This document shows positions 9,746 through 18,757 of a DNA stretch of 64,000 nt, piece by piece (position 1 is the first letter of the stretch; each line of letters begins with the position of its first letter). Source of the DNA: Candidatus Parcubacteria bacterium (GTDB lineage: Bacteria; Patescibacteriota; Minisyncoccia; Phycocordibacterales; JAACPR01); the NCBI GenBank assembly GCA_039805545.1, contig JBDLUA010000007.1:1252-65251 (forward strand). The letters run 5' to 3'. The notes under the pieces are model-generated. The model did not search any database. It worked only from the letters and a program-made list of their open reading frames with translations, and was not told the DNA's origin. Both the position numbers and the translations under genes were made by a program.

Positions 9746-10726
9746 ATGAATACTGGTTTTTTTAAAATACCTGAATTTTTATCTTTACCTCTTTTTGGAC
9801 TGAGTATTACTCAGTCTTCTGTTAAGCTTGTAAAAATGAGTAAAGTAAAACAAGGCTTTATTCCAAAAATATTTGATGGCGTTGTTCTTGGTGAAACTTG
9901 TGATTATTTTACAAATCCAATATCGGACGCTCCTTGCGATCCTCTTAAGGCAGCCCTTAAAGATTTTAAGAAAAAATATAATATTACTTTTGCTCAAGTG
10001 TCTGTTCCTGAAGAACAAACATATGTTTTTAAGATGTTTGTGCCTCAAGAAGTGTTAAGTGCTATTGATGTTTTTATTGTAAATAATATCGATCAATATA
10101 TCCCGCTTACGGCACCGGAAGTTTATTTTGATTATAAAATTTTAAAATCTCACATACGAGATACACAAATACCAGTAGTAGTAACTGCAATACCAAAATT
10201 TATCGTTGAAAAATACGCAAAGCTTCTTGATTCTTGTGGAATTTATATGGTTGGATGTGAACCTGAAACCCACGCAATCGCAAGGTGTGTGATTGATAAG
10301 GGGGATAAAAATCCTTATATAATTATGTATATCGATGAATTTGGAACACGAATATCTGTAGTAGAAGAAGGGCTTGTGCAACATACACAAACAATTGCGA
10401 TTAATTCAAAAGATATCATGGGCCCAATTACTCCGGAGACCGCACAGGCTCTCAAAGATATTTTGAACAGAGTAATTATTTATTGGTTTACTTCTCAAAA
10501 CCCTCAAACACATCCAATAAAGATAGAAAACGTAATATTGACTGGAGTTGGTGTCGATTCTCCTTCTTTCATTAATTTTTTTGAAAGCAATCTTGCGGTA
10601 AACGCTGTTCCTGCAAATGTTTGGAAAAATTGTTTTGACTTAAAAAGTTATATTCCTAATATGTCTAAAACTGATTCTTTAAAATATGCCCCTTGTGTAG
10701 GATTGTCTATGTTTAAATTAAAATAA
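9746..10726 (+). CDS. PilM-like actin-fold pilus assembly protein (tentative)
   Basis: N-terminal LFGLSITQSSVKLVK resembles the PilM start. Size ~330 aa. Followed by two small N-terminally anchored proteins. Confidence 0.4.
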   Translation: MNTGFFKIPEFLSLPLFGLSITQSSVKLVKMSKVKQGFIPKIFDGVVLGETCDYFTNPISDAPCDPLKAALKDFKKKYNITFAQVSVPEEQTYVFKMFVPQEVLSAIDVFIVNNIDQYIPLTAPEVYFDYKILKSHIRDTQIPVVVTAIPKFIVEKYAKLLDSCGIYMVGCEPETHAIARCVIDKGDKNPYIIMYIDEFGTRISVVEEGLVQHTQTIAINSKDIMGPITPETAQALKDILNRVIIYWFTSQNPQTHPIKIENVILTGVGVDSPSFINFFESNLAVNAVPANVWKNCFDLKSYIPNMSKTDSLKYAPCVGLSMFKLK

Positions 10727-10727
10727 A

Positions 10728-11252
10728 ATGAGAATTATATCTGAAGAATTAAATAAAATACTTAAGAAAGAATACAAATTTCGTTTTTTTACTCTTCTTT
10801 TCTTATATTCATCCATTGTAATTCTTGTCACTATTGCACTTATATCCTCTTCTTATCTCTTGCTGTATTTGTATGAAAAAGCATATGTAAAACAAGGATT
10901 ATTTGTTAATAATGAAATCCTTGAACTAGACAAAATAAATATCCAAAAGACAGAAGACTTGTATCAGTTGAGTCGTAAAATAATAACCGAAGATAAAACA
11001 GAAGCTTCTATTGGCGCAACAAAAATTCTTTTTGAGTATGCTTCTGGACTAGTATCAATTTCTTCAATCGAAATTTCTCAAGATTCTAAAATTACTCTTA
11101 GGGCAGTAGCACATACGCGAGAGTCTCTCATTGTGTTTAATGATAAAGTAAAAGCAGACGCAACATTCAATGATTTTGATATTCCAATAGAGGCGCTTGC
11201 AAAACAAAAGGATATTAATTTTAGTGTAACTTTTACATATCATGAAAACTAA
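10728..11252 (+). CDS. PilN-like membrane-anchored protein (tentative)
   Basis: Short cytoplasmic N-terminus, single TM, ~170 aa. Position after the PilM-like gene. Confidence 0.3.
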   Translation: MRIISEELNKILKKEYKFRFFTLLFLYSSIVILVTIALISSSYLLLYLYEKAYVKQGLFVNNEILELDKINIQKTEDLYQLSRKIITEDKTEASIGATKILFEYASGLVSISSIEISQDSKITLRAVAHTRESLIVFNDKVKADATFNDFDIPIEALAKQKDINFSVTFTYHEN

Positions 11253-11775
11253 AACAAACATTTCATTCTTAATTTCTTTGTGTCTGTTCATTGCTGCAAT
11301 TGGATTGGTTGTATATGTCTTGTATCAAATAGAAATTAGAACAAATTTAATAAAAACACACTATGCTGAAGATACACAAAGTTTAAATTTAAATTCTGCT
11401 GCTAAATTAAAAAAAGAACAAGAGTCTTTATTACAGAAGGAAAAAATATTTAAAAAAACATTTCTTTCTCAAGATGAAATAATACCATTTATCGGAAATC
11501 TTGAAGCGATTGCTTCTGAAAGCGCTATAAAAATTGAAATTACAAAGGTTGAAAAGGGAACAGAAGAAACAGTTGGTTCTTCTTATAAAATACAACCAAT
11601 TTCTTTCTATGTTTCTCTTGATGGAGAATTGAAAAATACAATTTCCTTTATACAAAAAATAACAGATCAAGAAAAAATACTCGAACTTAAAGAATTTAAA
11701 GTTTATAAGATAAGTGATGCAAGTAATATGCATAATACAAGAATCATTTTGACGGGTAATATTCTTATCATATGA
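11242..11775 (+). CDS. PilO-like membrane-anchored protein (tentative)
   Basis: N-terminal TM, coiled-coil segment, ~177 aa. Operon context. Confidence 0.3.
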   Translation: MKTKTNISFLISLCLFIAAIGLVVYVLYQIEIRTNLIKTHYAEDTQSLNLNSAAKLKKEQESLLQKEKIFKKTFLSQDEIIPFIGNLEAIASESAIKIEITKVEKGTEETVGSSYKIQPISFYVSLDGELKNTISFIQKITDQEKILELKEFKVYKISDASNMHNTRIILTGNILII

Positions 11776-12062
11776 AAAAAATAAATCTAAAAGTCTATTT
11801 TAAAAAGAGAAAGCAAAGACTTGCGGTGTCTGGAATTTCGCCAACTTTTGATTGGGGCATTATTGTTGGATTTTCGACATTTTTGTTTTTTGTTGGTGTC
11901 GGCTATGCAATTTATTTATATATACAAGTAAACAACGGCTCTTTGTTTGAGGTGGTACAAGATCAAACAGTTCAATATGAAATTAATCACAAGAAAAAAC
12001 AAATAGAACAAAAGGTTCAAATACTTGAAGGTAGAAATTTTGACGAAACGAGTTCAAACTGA
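11772..12062 (+). CDS. Small single-TM protein (pilus-cluster associated?)
   Basis: Overlapping start, one TM helix. Confidence 0.25.
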   Translation: MKKINLKVYFKKRKQRLAVSGISPTFDWGIIVGFSTFLFFVGVGYAIYLYIQVNNGSLFEVVQDQTVQYEINHKKKQIEQKVQILEGRNFDETSSN

Positions 12063-12088
12063 TATTTTAAGGGAACAAACAAACCATT

Positions 12089-12160
12089 GCCCCCTTAGTT
12101 CAATGGATAGAACAGCGGACTTCTAAGCCGTTGATGTAGGTTCGATTCCTGCAGGGGGCA
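12089..12160 (+). tRNA. tRNA-Arg (anticodon TCT)
   Basis: GCCCCCT/AGGGGGC acceptor, anticodon loop CTTCTAA, T-loop TTCGATT. Followed by hairpin terminator AGTCCGGActgcTCCGGACTTTT. Confidence 0.85.
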
Positions 12161-12425
12161 CAAGCGTTAAAAAAGTCCGGACTGCTCCGGACTTTTAGCT
12201 TGTGCCGGCCGCAGCGATGTTGCGATAGCAACCGCGAGGCGGGGTCGCGAGCACTTAGTAGAATTGGAGTGAGCTTGCGAACGAACAATTATACTTAGTG
12301 ACTTGTGACCACATAAAACAGTTCAAATTGAAAGAGTTTACGAAGAAATGAACTTAGTAACTGTGGGACGATTCCTGTATAATTGCAAAACTTTAAAAAT
12401 CTGTTATTCTATATAAACCTTACAA
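12161..12425. repeat. tRNA-downstream structured block R1 (terminator + GC-rich hairpins + ACTTAGT-motif repeats), paralogous to 15198-15455
   Basis: Shares the ~42-nt block GAGTTTACGAaGAAATGAACTTAGTAACTGTGGGaCGATTCC with 15355-15396. ACTTAGTnnnnTnGG occurs three times. Confidence 0.4.
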
Positions 12426-12499
12426 GGGCGATTAGCTCAGTTGGCTAGAGCAGTCCGTTTACACCGGAAAGGTCAGGGGTTCAAGTCCCTTATCGCCCA
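12426..12499 (+). tRNA. tRNA-Val (anticodon TAC)
   Basis: GGGCGAT acceptor, anticodon loop TTTACAC, T-loop TTCAAGT. Confidence 0.85.
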
Positions 12500-12572
12500 C
12501 AAAAATAAAGAGCTCAACACGAAAGTGTTGGGCGATTTATTTTGAGCTTTTGTTTTATGATATACTCTCGAC

Positions 12573-12812
12573 ATGATTGAACAATTTAAAAAACCAAAAG
12601 AAGAATTTACAAAAGAAGAACTTAGAGACATTCTAGAACTTTCAGGAAAGGGTCTGGATGCCAATCTCGGTGATTTAGCGAATACGCTTCTTGAGGAAAA
12701 AGAAAAAGAAGGATTGGATGATAAAGAAATTTTGGAAAGAGCAATGCTTCTTGCAAAAAAGTTGATTTTGGTTGAAGTGAAACAAGCAATAGATGCTTCG
12801 CATTTTGAATAA
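12573..12812 (+). CDS. Hypothetical small acidic protein
   Basis: ORF only. Confidence 0.3.
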   Translation: MIEQFKKPKEEFTKEELRDILELSGKGLDANLGDLANTLLEEKEKEGLDDKEILERAMLLAKKLILVEVKQAIDASHFE

Positions 12813-13554
12813 ATTTTATATGGATATTAAAGTTATTGTTGAAAATTCTAATTACATTATAATCAATAAACCTGCAGGAATCTCAGTCCACAAAAGTGGT
12901 CAACGAGAAGAATATACAATCTCAGACTGGGTTATTGAACATTTTCCTCAAACAAAAGAAGTGGGTGAACCACTTAAAATTTCTAACGGAGAAATAATTG
13001 AAAGACATGGAATTGTACATCGTCTTGATAAAGATACCTCAGGGGCTCTACTCATTGCTTTAACTCAAGAAGCGTACGAATTTTTTAAAAAACAATTTCA
13101 CGATAGAGAAATAAAAAAGAGTTATCGAGCTTTTTTGTATGGAAATCTAAAAGAAGATCACCTTACAATTCAAGAACCAATAGGGAAGCATAAGAAAGAT
13201 TTTAGAAAACGAACCACTGCTCGAAATTCTCGTGGCGAACTCAAACTCGCGATTACTTTTTTTCATGTACTACAAAGAGTAAAGATTGATAATGAACCAG
13301 TGTTGTTTGTGGAGGCACAGCCTAAAACGGGACGAACTCATCAAATTAGAGTACATGCACGATATATGCAACACCCTGTTATTGCAGATACATTGTATGC
13401 ACGATCAAAACCGAAGTTACTTGGATTTAAGCGACTTGCCTTGCATGCATATTCATTGGAATTTAAAGATTTAGACGGTTTTACTCAAAAAATAGAAGCG
13501 GATTTTCCGGATGATTTTAGATATGCACTTTCTCTTGTTGACCGATTGGAGTAG
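12793..13554 (+). CDS. RluA-family 23S rRNA/tRNA pseudouridine synthase
   Basis: HRLDKDTSGALL catalytic-Asp motif and KTGRTHQIRVH motif. An alternative start is the ATG at 12820. Confidence 0.85.
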   Translation: MLRILNKFYMDIKVIVENSNYIIINKPAGISVHKSGQREEYTISDWVIEHFPQTKEVGEPLKISNGEIIERHGIVHRLDKDTSGALLIALTQEAYEFFKKQFHDREIKKSYRAFLYGNLKEDHLTIQEPIGKHKKDFRKRTTARNSRGELKLAITFFHVLQRVKIDNEPVLFVEAQPKTGRTHQIRVHARYMQHPVIADTLYARSKPKLLGFKRLALHAYSLEFKDLDGFTQKIEADFPDDFRYALSLVDRLE

Positions 13555-13606
13555 AGGGGTACTATTAGGAATAGGAATTCGTTCCAAAATTTTCTGGCCC
13601 TGTTTG

Positions 13607-13692
13607 GGTCAGCGACCGCACGCTACCAGATGGATCCGCGCACGCAACAGGAGGGGTAAACCTTAAAACGGTAAAACCTGTTGCGTGCGCGA
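13607..13692 (+). terminator. Long hairpin terminator GCGCACGCAACAGG...CCTGTTGCGTGCGC + T-tract after the rluA-family gene
   Basis: 14-bp perfect stem with a 25-nt loop, followed by GATTTATTTTT. Confidence 0.5.
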
Positions 13693-13737
13693 TTTATTTT
13701 TGACAAGGAGCACTATTTGATGTAAAGTATTTTGGTA

Positions 13738-13935
13738 TGGCTCAGAAAAACCAGCATCAAGTGGGTCGGACCAAGTCCGGCAGAGTTCAGCGCAATGGAC
13801 AACACAAGCAAGGCAAGGAGGGAGGAAGTGTCAAAGCCATTCCTTTCAATCAGTCTGCACGTGTTGGACATCGTGCTTGGGTCTGATTTCACTTCGTCGT
13901 TTCGGGGTGGTCGCGCAAGCGGCCACCCTTTTTCT
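13738..13935 (+). ncRNA. Candidate structured small RNA (GC-rich, promoter-to-terminator unit) upstream of rplS; identity unresolved
   Basis: TTGACA(13702)-17nt-TAAAGT promoter-like site, a ~200-nt segment far GC-richer than the flanks with nested hairpins, ending in terminator GGGTGGTCGCgcaaGCGGCCACCC+TTTTTC. The overlapping 74-aa ORF looks spurious. Confidence 0.35.
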
Positions 13936-13995
13936 TTAAATATTGATAAATTTTAACAACTATGTTAAAGTCTTCCTACTAATAAATTTAATAAT

Positions 13996-14431
13996 CATGA
14001 ACACAGTAATAACTCCAGTAGATATTGCCTCACGAAAAAACCTCGATATGCGAACCGGGGACACTGTTCGAGTATGGCAAAAAATCCAGGAAAAAGGAAA
14101 AACACGACTTCAAGCGTTTGAAGGAATCGTTCTTGCACGAAAACATGGTGCAGAAGCAGGTGCAACATTTACAGTACGACGAAATACTAATGGTTTTGGT
14201 GTAGAAAAAATCTTCCCACTTTATTCTCCAATGATCGATAAGATTGAAATCGTAAAACGATCAAAGACTCGACGAAGTAAACTTTACTATATGCGAGATA
14301 AAGCACTTAAAGAAATCAGTAAACGATTTAAGATGATGTCTGTTAAGTTCTCGACAGAAGATCATAAAGAAGTTGTTCCTGAAGTTGTAGAAGAGGCTCC
14401 AGTAGAAACAGTAGAAGAAAAGAAAGACTAA
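13996..14431 (+). CDS. rplS: 50S ribosomal protein L19 with acidic C-terminal tail
   Basis: RTGDTVRVWQKIQEKGKTRLQAFEGIV matches the L19 core. The start is more likely the ATG at 13996 than 13943. Confidence 0.85.
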
Positions 14432-14444
14432 TATAAAAAGAGAA

Positions 14445-14480
14445 AAGGGGGAGGCCTTCGGCCTCCCCCTTTTCTCTTTT
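14445..14480. terminator. Intrinsic terminator GGGGGAGGCCttcgGCCTCCCCC + T-tract
   Basis: GC hairpin and TTTTCTCTTTT after rplS. Confidence 0.7.
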
Positions 14481-14539
14481 ATAAAAATATGTATAATCAA
14501 AGCACTTATCAAAAACCTCGATAAGAAGTGAATGTGTAT

Positions 14540-14621
14540 GCGCAAGTGGTGAAATTGGTATACACGCACCCTTGAGGTGGGTGTGCCTTCGGGTGTGGAG
14601 GTTCAAGTCCTCTCTTGCGCA
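14540..14621 (+). tRNA. tRNA-Leu (anticodon GAG), long variable arm
   Basis: GCGCAAG acceptor, anticodon loop TTGAGGT, variable arm TGCCTTCGGGTGT, T-loop TTCAAGT. Followed by a long A/T-rich hairpin terminator at 14622-14670. Confidence 0.85.
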
Positions 14622-14746
14622 CTGAAAAATAAAGAGCCAAACACAAAGTGTTCGGCTCTTTATTTTTCAGGAAAGATTAACGAAGTAGGCTTTTCTTTGT
14701 ATTCGATTTGAGGTATTCTTGTTTTTGAAAACCTAAGGTAAAACCC

Positions 14747-15025
14747 ATGAAACGAAATGATAAGGATAAGTTCCTCCAAAAGATCGAGCGAGTTAGAAAT
14801 GCTGCCCTCAAACAGCTTCAAGAAATGGCGGCACTCTACAAACTTCAAGTCAAAGATGATCTTCGGTATCGCACCACCATTGAATTGGTTCATTGGTATT
14901 GCAACGATGCAAAGGAGTTTTCCCGAGAGAGATCGCTAGGGATGTTTGTCGGATTGATTTCTAACCTGCGCCGAATCATTGCCTCTCTTCCTGTTGTGGT
15001 CCTTGAGGACTATTACTCGACATGA
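14747..15025 (+). CDS. Hypothetical protein
   Basis: ORF between tRNA-Leu and tRNA-His. No motif recognised. Confidence 0.3.
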   Translation: MKRNDKDKFLQKIERVRNAALKQLQEMAALYKLQVKDDLRYRTTIELVHWYCNDAKEFSRERSLGMFVGLISNLRRIIASLPVVVLEDYYST

Positions 15026-15040
15026 GGATTGTTTTTTTCG

Positions 15041-15070
15041 AAAGGCGGCCCGAACGGGCCGCCTTTTCTC
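15041..15070. terminator. Intrinsic terminator GGCGGCCCgaacGGGCCGCC + T-tract
   Basis: GC hairpin plus TTTTCTCC. Confidence 0.7.
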
Positions 15071-15122
15071 CTGGACATTTCCCTATAAAATTAGTACTAT
15101 CTTGCTACACAGATGTGTATAT

Positions 15123-15195
15123 GGCGACTATGGTGTAACGGTTAACACAGCGGTCTGTGGATCCGCTGATTCGGGTTCGATTCCCGATAGCCGCC
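15123..15195 (+). tRNA. tRNA-His (anticodon GTG) with encoded G-1
   Basis: An extra 5' G pairs with discriminator C, the tRNA-His hallmark. Anticodon loop CTGTGGA, T-loop TTCGATT. There is one A-C mismatch in the acceptor stem. Confidence 0.8.
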
Positions 15196-15197
15196 CA

Positions 15198-15455
15198 TAA
15201 AAATAAAAGAGATGAATGCGTGAGCATTCATCTCTTTTATTTTAGGAAGGCTTCGGGAATCGAACGGCGGAGGCCCAGGGTCCCTGTGTCTGTGAAGTGA
15301 AACGAAACAGACCTGGGATGGCCGAGCCGCGACCAACGGTACTTAGTGAATGAGGAGTTTACGACGAAATGAACTTAGTAACTGTGGGTCGATTCCACAA
15401 ATATTTTTCCCACACTCTTCTCTAATTATTTTTTTCTTCTGCTATACTATATTCA
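15198..15455. repeat. tRNA-downstream structured block R2 (paralog of 12161-12425)
   Basis: Terminator hairpin, GC-rich nested hairpin CCCAGG...GTCTGT...ACAGAC...CTGGG, and the shared block GAGTTTACGAcGAAATGAACTTAGTAACTGTGGGtCGATTCC. Confidence 0.4.
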
Positions 15456-18194
15456 ATGGAAACAAAACAAAATTTTGAATCTCCTCAACTTACAGAAAAA
15501 ATTTCTAATCTTGAACAAGAACTTGCTTTTTTGCGTTCACAAATTATCGATAAAAAATCAGAGCAGGGCATAGAACAAAAGACTCAAGAAATAATTCAAA
15601 CTATTTCAAATCAAAAACAAGAAGTATATACAGACACTTTTCTTCATACACCAGAACAAACAGATGCAATCACACTTGATTTAAAACCAGAAGCACACGA
15701 CGAAACAATGGCTTCTCTTATTGAAATCATTAAGAAACACGGAATTATTAATGCGATAGAAGTTGTTGCAAAGCTTCAAGATGCTCATATTAATGATGAT
15801 TTTCATAGGTTTTTGGTGGAATATCTCAAAGAAGGATATCCTGTATTCAAAAAAGAATCAGAAGAGACACTTAGACCACTTAAAAGAACTTTGTTTGAAG
15901 TGTTGATTCCAAAAAAAGAACAAACAGGAGAAAATAATCAGGAACACATTCATAAAATGTATTCACTTATTTCAGGACTTCGATCAATTGCGGATTATTC
16001 TGACGAACATATTACGATTGAAATAACAAATCCTGTTGGAGAAAAACAGTTTTCTGTATATGTTTCTGTATATGAAAAAGTTCGAGATATGTTTGAAAAG
16101 CAAATGCTCTCGCTTTTTCCTTCAAGTAAACTTGCAGAACAAAAAAATGATTTTAATATTTTTGTCCCTCTAGGTTCACATTTTGTCTATTCTGCAAAGC
16201 TAAAAGAACTTCCGGTTAAGCCCCTTAAGACAAGTGAGGAATTTCAAGTTGATCCACTTAATACTCTTGTTGGTGTGTTTACAAAACTTGAACAAATGGA
16301 TGATGCTGCGTGTGTACAGTTTGTAATTCGACCAGGAAAAGGATTTTATACAAAAAACTATGCAAAAGCTTTGCCAAAAGTTGAAAAAGGAGAAAAACCA
16401 GATGAGATATACATGAAAGATAAGATGTCTGACAAACTTATCTATGGGACGAACAAGATCTTAAAAGGAATTATTGAAATTGCCGCGTCGCTTCAATCAG
16501 AATCTTCATCTAAGAGTGAAGATAAAAAAATCGATCAGTTTCTCGTTGAAGGACTTCGACAAAAAATTAAGCATGAAATTTATTCTGTAAATATTCGAGT
16601 AGTAACATCGAGTAAAGAGGAGAACAGAGCAAAAGTAATTGCATCTGAAATCAGATCTTCATTTGATCAATTTTCTAATCCGACAGGGAACAGAATTGAG
16701 TGGGTTGAGCACAAAGGAAGTATTAAGAAAGAGTTGAAGAAATTTATCTATCGACAATTTGATATGGAATATGAAATGCCACTTAATATTTCTGAAATCT
16801 CAACAATAATTCATTTTCCTGATGAGAGCAAAGAGACCACTGCACAGTTTAAGCGTCTTGGTATGACTTCTGCTCCTGCACCCTTTAACCTTGAACAAAA
16901 TCAAGGTGTGCTTCTTGGTACAAATGAGCATGCGGGTGAGATTACTAATATTCGGATGCAAAATATGGATAGACTTCGACATATGTATGTAATTGGACAA
17001 ACAGGAACAGGTAAGACAACTCTTTTGAAAAATATGATTATTCAAGATATCAAAAATGGAGAAGGTGTATGTATGATTGACCCACATGGTTCTGATATTC
17101 AAGAAATTCTTGCTGCTATTCCACAAGAACGGCTCGAGGATGTAATTTATTTTGATCCAAGTTACACAGAGCGTCCAATGGGTCTTAATATGCTTGAGTA
17201 TGATGTTCGGTTTCCTGAACAAAAAACTTTTGTAGTGAACGAAATGATGAGTATCTTTAATAAATTGTTTGATATGAAAGTTGCTGGAGGTCCTATGTTT
17301 GAACAGTATTTTCGAAATGCAACAATGCTTGTAATTGATGATCCTGAATCTGGGAATACTCTTCTTGATGTATCTCGGGTGCTTTCTGATCAAAACTTTA
17401 GAAATATGAAGATTTCTAAATGTAAAAATCCAACAGTAGTACAGTTCTGGACTGAGATTGCTTCAAAGGCTGGAGGAGAAGCTTCACTTGCAAATATTGT
17501 TCCATATATCACAAGTAAGTTTGATGTGTTTCTTTCAAACGATATTATGCGACCTGTTATCGCACAAAAGGAATCAAGTTTTGATTTCAGAAAAATAATG
17601 GACGAAAAAAAGATTTTACTCGTAAATCTTGCAAAAGGAAGACTTGGGGACATTAACTCAAATCTTATTGGTCTTATTATTGTAGGAAAATTGTTGATGG
17701 CTGCATTATCTCGGGTCGATTCTCTTGGAAAAGATTTTCCTTCATTTTATTTATATATCGATGAATTCCAAAATATTACAACTGATTCTATTTCGGCAAT
17801 ATTATCTGAAGCCCGAAAGTATAAATTAAGTCTATGTGTTGCTCATCAGTTTATTGCCCAATTACAAGAGAGTATTCGTGATGCTGTGTTTGGAAACGTA
17901 GGAAGTGTTGCTGTATTTAGGGTTGGTTCTGAAGATGCAAAATTTCTTGAATCACAATTTTCACCACGGTTTGTTCAAAAAGATATTATGAATATCGAGA
18001 ACTTTAATTTCTATTTAAAAATGCTTAACGAAGGTGTTCCTGTAGAACCTTTTAATGTAAAACTTCCATCAAAACAAGAGTTTGATCTTAGTAGAGTGGA
18101 AGATATTAAGCAACTCTCATATTTGAAGTATGGGAAAGACAGAAGTGAAGTAGAAGAAGAGATTATGAAAAATTTGAGGAAGGAGACTCTTTAG
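15456..18194 (+). CDS. Large P-loop ATPase of the VirB4/TraC-HerA/FtsK superfamily with an N-terminal coiled-coil/unknown domain
   Basis: Walker A YVIGQTGTGKTT near aa ~515, Walker B LYIDEFQN, and ARKYKLSLCVAHQ...VFGNVGSVAVFRVG resembling the VirB4/DUF87 C-terminal motifs. No N-terminal TM helices. Confidence 0.55.
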   Translation: METKQNFESPQLTEKISNLEQELAFLRSQIIDKKSEQGIEQKTQEIIQTISNQKQEVYTDTFLHTPEQTDAITLDLKPEAHDETMASLIEIIKKHGIINAIEVVAKLQDAHINDDFHRFLVEYLKEGYPVFKKESEETLRPLKRTLFEVLIPKKEQTGENNQEHIHKMYSLISGLRSIADYSDEHITIEITNPVGEKQFSVYVSVYEKVRDMFEKQMLSLFPSSKLAEQKNDFNIFVPLGSHFVYSAKLKELPVKPLKTSEEFQVDPLNTLVGVFTKLEQMDDAACVQFVIRPGKGFYTKNYAKALPKVEKGEKPDEIYMKDKMSDKLIYGTNKILKGIIEIAASLQSESSSKSEDKKIDQFLVEGLRQKIKHEIYSVNIRVVTSSKEENRAKVIASEIRSSFDQFSNPTGNRIEWVEHKGSIKKELKKFIYRQFDMEYEMPLNISEISTIIHFPDESKETTAQFKRLGMTSAPAPFNLEQNQGVLLGTNEHAGEITNIRMQNMDRLRHMYVIGQTGTGKTTLLKNMIIQDIKNGEGVCMIDPHGSDIQEILAAIPQERLEDVIYFDPSYTERPMGLNMLEYDVRFPEQKTFVVNEMMSIFNKLFDMKVAGGPMFEQYFRNATMLVIDDPESGNTLLDVSRVLSDQNFRNMKISKCKNPTVVQFWTEIASKAGGEASLANIVPYITSKFDVFLSNDIMRPVIAQKESSFDFRKIMDEKKILLVNLAKGRLGDINSNLIGLIIVGKLLMAALSRVDSLGKDFPSFYLYIDEFQNITTDSISAILSEARKYKLSLCVAHQFIAQLQESIRDAVFGNVGSVAVFRVGSEDAKFLESQFSPRFVQKDIMNIENFNFYLKMLNEGVPVEPFNVKLPSKQEFDLSRVEDIKQLSYLKYGKDRSEVEEEIMKNLRKETL

Positions 18195-18336
18195 CCTTGT
18201 GTATAATTAGAAAAAGTGGTATTATGGTTTTGTAAGTAACAAAACTATCGTGTCTTTGGGTAAGCTGTCGTGTGATGGTCCAACAAGAGAACTATATGTG
18301 TCGTGCTTACACTTTAATAGTGTTAAAGAACCTTAA

Positions 18337-18657
18337 ATGGATACAAACAACAAACGGCTTTTCGTAGGAGGAATTCCTTACCGAACAACTGAACAAGATT
18401 TACAAGACGCTTTCTCAAAAGCAGGAGCAGTAACATCTGCTCGAATCATCAAAGAACGAGAAACAGGACGATCAAAAGGATTTGGTTTCGTAGAAATGGA
18501 AACTGAAGAAGCTGCACAAGCGGCAATCGAAATGTGGAACGGAAAAGATTTTGATGGACGAGAACTTATTGTAAACATTGCTCGAGCTGAAGAACGACGA
18601 CCATCAAACGGTGGAAACGGCGGATTCGGAGGAGGAAATCGAGAATGGAGACGATAA
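18337..18657 (+). CDS. RRM-type RNA-binding protein with Gly-rich tail
   Basis: RNP-2 LFVGGI and RNP-1 KGFGFVEM motifs. The C-terminus is GGNGGFGGGNR. Confidence 0.8.
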   Translation: MDTNNKRLFVGGIPYRTTEQDLQDAFSKAGAVTSARIIKERETGRSKGFGFVEMETEEAAQAAIEMWNGKDFDGRELIVNIARAEERRPSNGGNGGFGGGNREWRR

Positions 18658-18675
18658 TCTAAATATAGATAACAA

Positions 18676-18710
18676 AAAAGCAGGTGGCCCAAAGGGCCAC
18701 CTGCTTTTTT
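18676..18710. terminator. Intrinsic terminator GCAGGTGGCCCaaaGGGCCACCTGC + T-tract
   Basis: Hairpin plus TTTTTTG. Confidence 0.7.
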
Positions 18711-18757
18711 GTTATTAAAATAATGTAAAAAAATATTTTTTATATATAATAGATAAT

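Noticed and set aside
12161-12425. tmRNA or RNase P RNA in the tRNA-flanking GC-rich blocks
   Set aside because: No tmRNA tag-reading frame with a tRNA-like 3' end (T-loop plus CCA-proximal acceptor pairing) could be built, and the RNase P P4 consensus (AGGAAAGUCCGGGCUCC ... ACAGAAnCCGGCUUA) is absent. The AGTCCGG seen is part of a simple terminator hairpin.
13732-13956. 74-aa ORF upstream of rplS
   Set aside because: It has no motif and sits in a GC-rich hairpin-dense segment bounded by a promoter and a terminator. A structured RNA is more plausible.
16800-17393. Antisense ORFs inside large genes (e.g. 16800-17393, 17390-17653, 58104-58457, 54729-55283, 52883-53230, 6729-7163)
   Set aside because: They lie fully within well-supported genes on the opposite strand, with low-complexity or hydrophobic-less composition. 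They are typical shadow ORFs.
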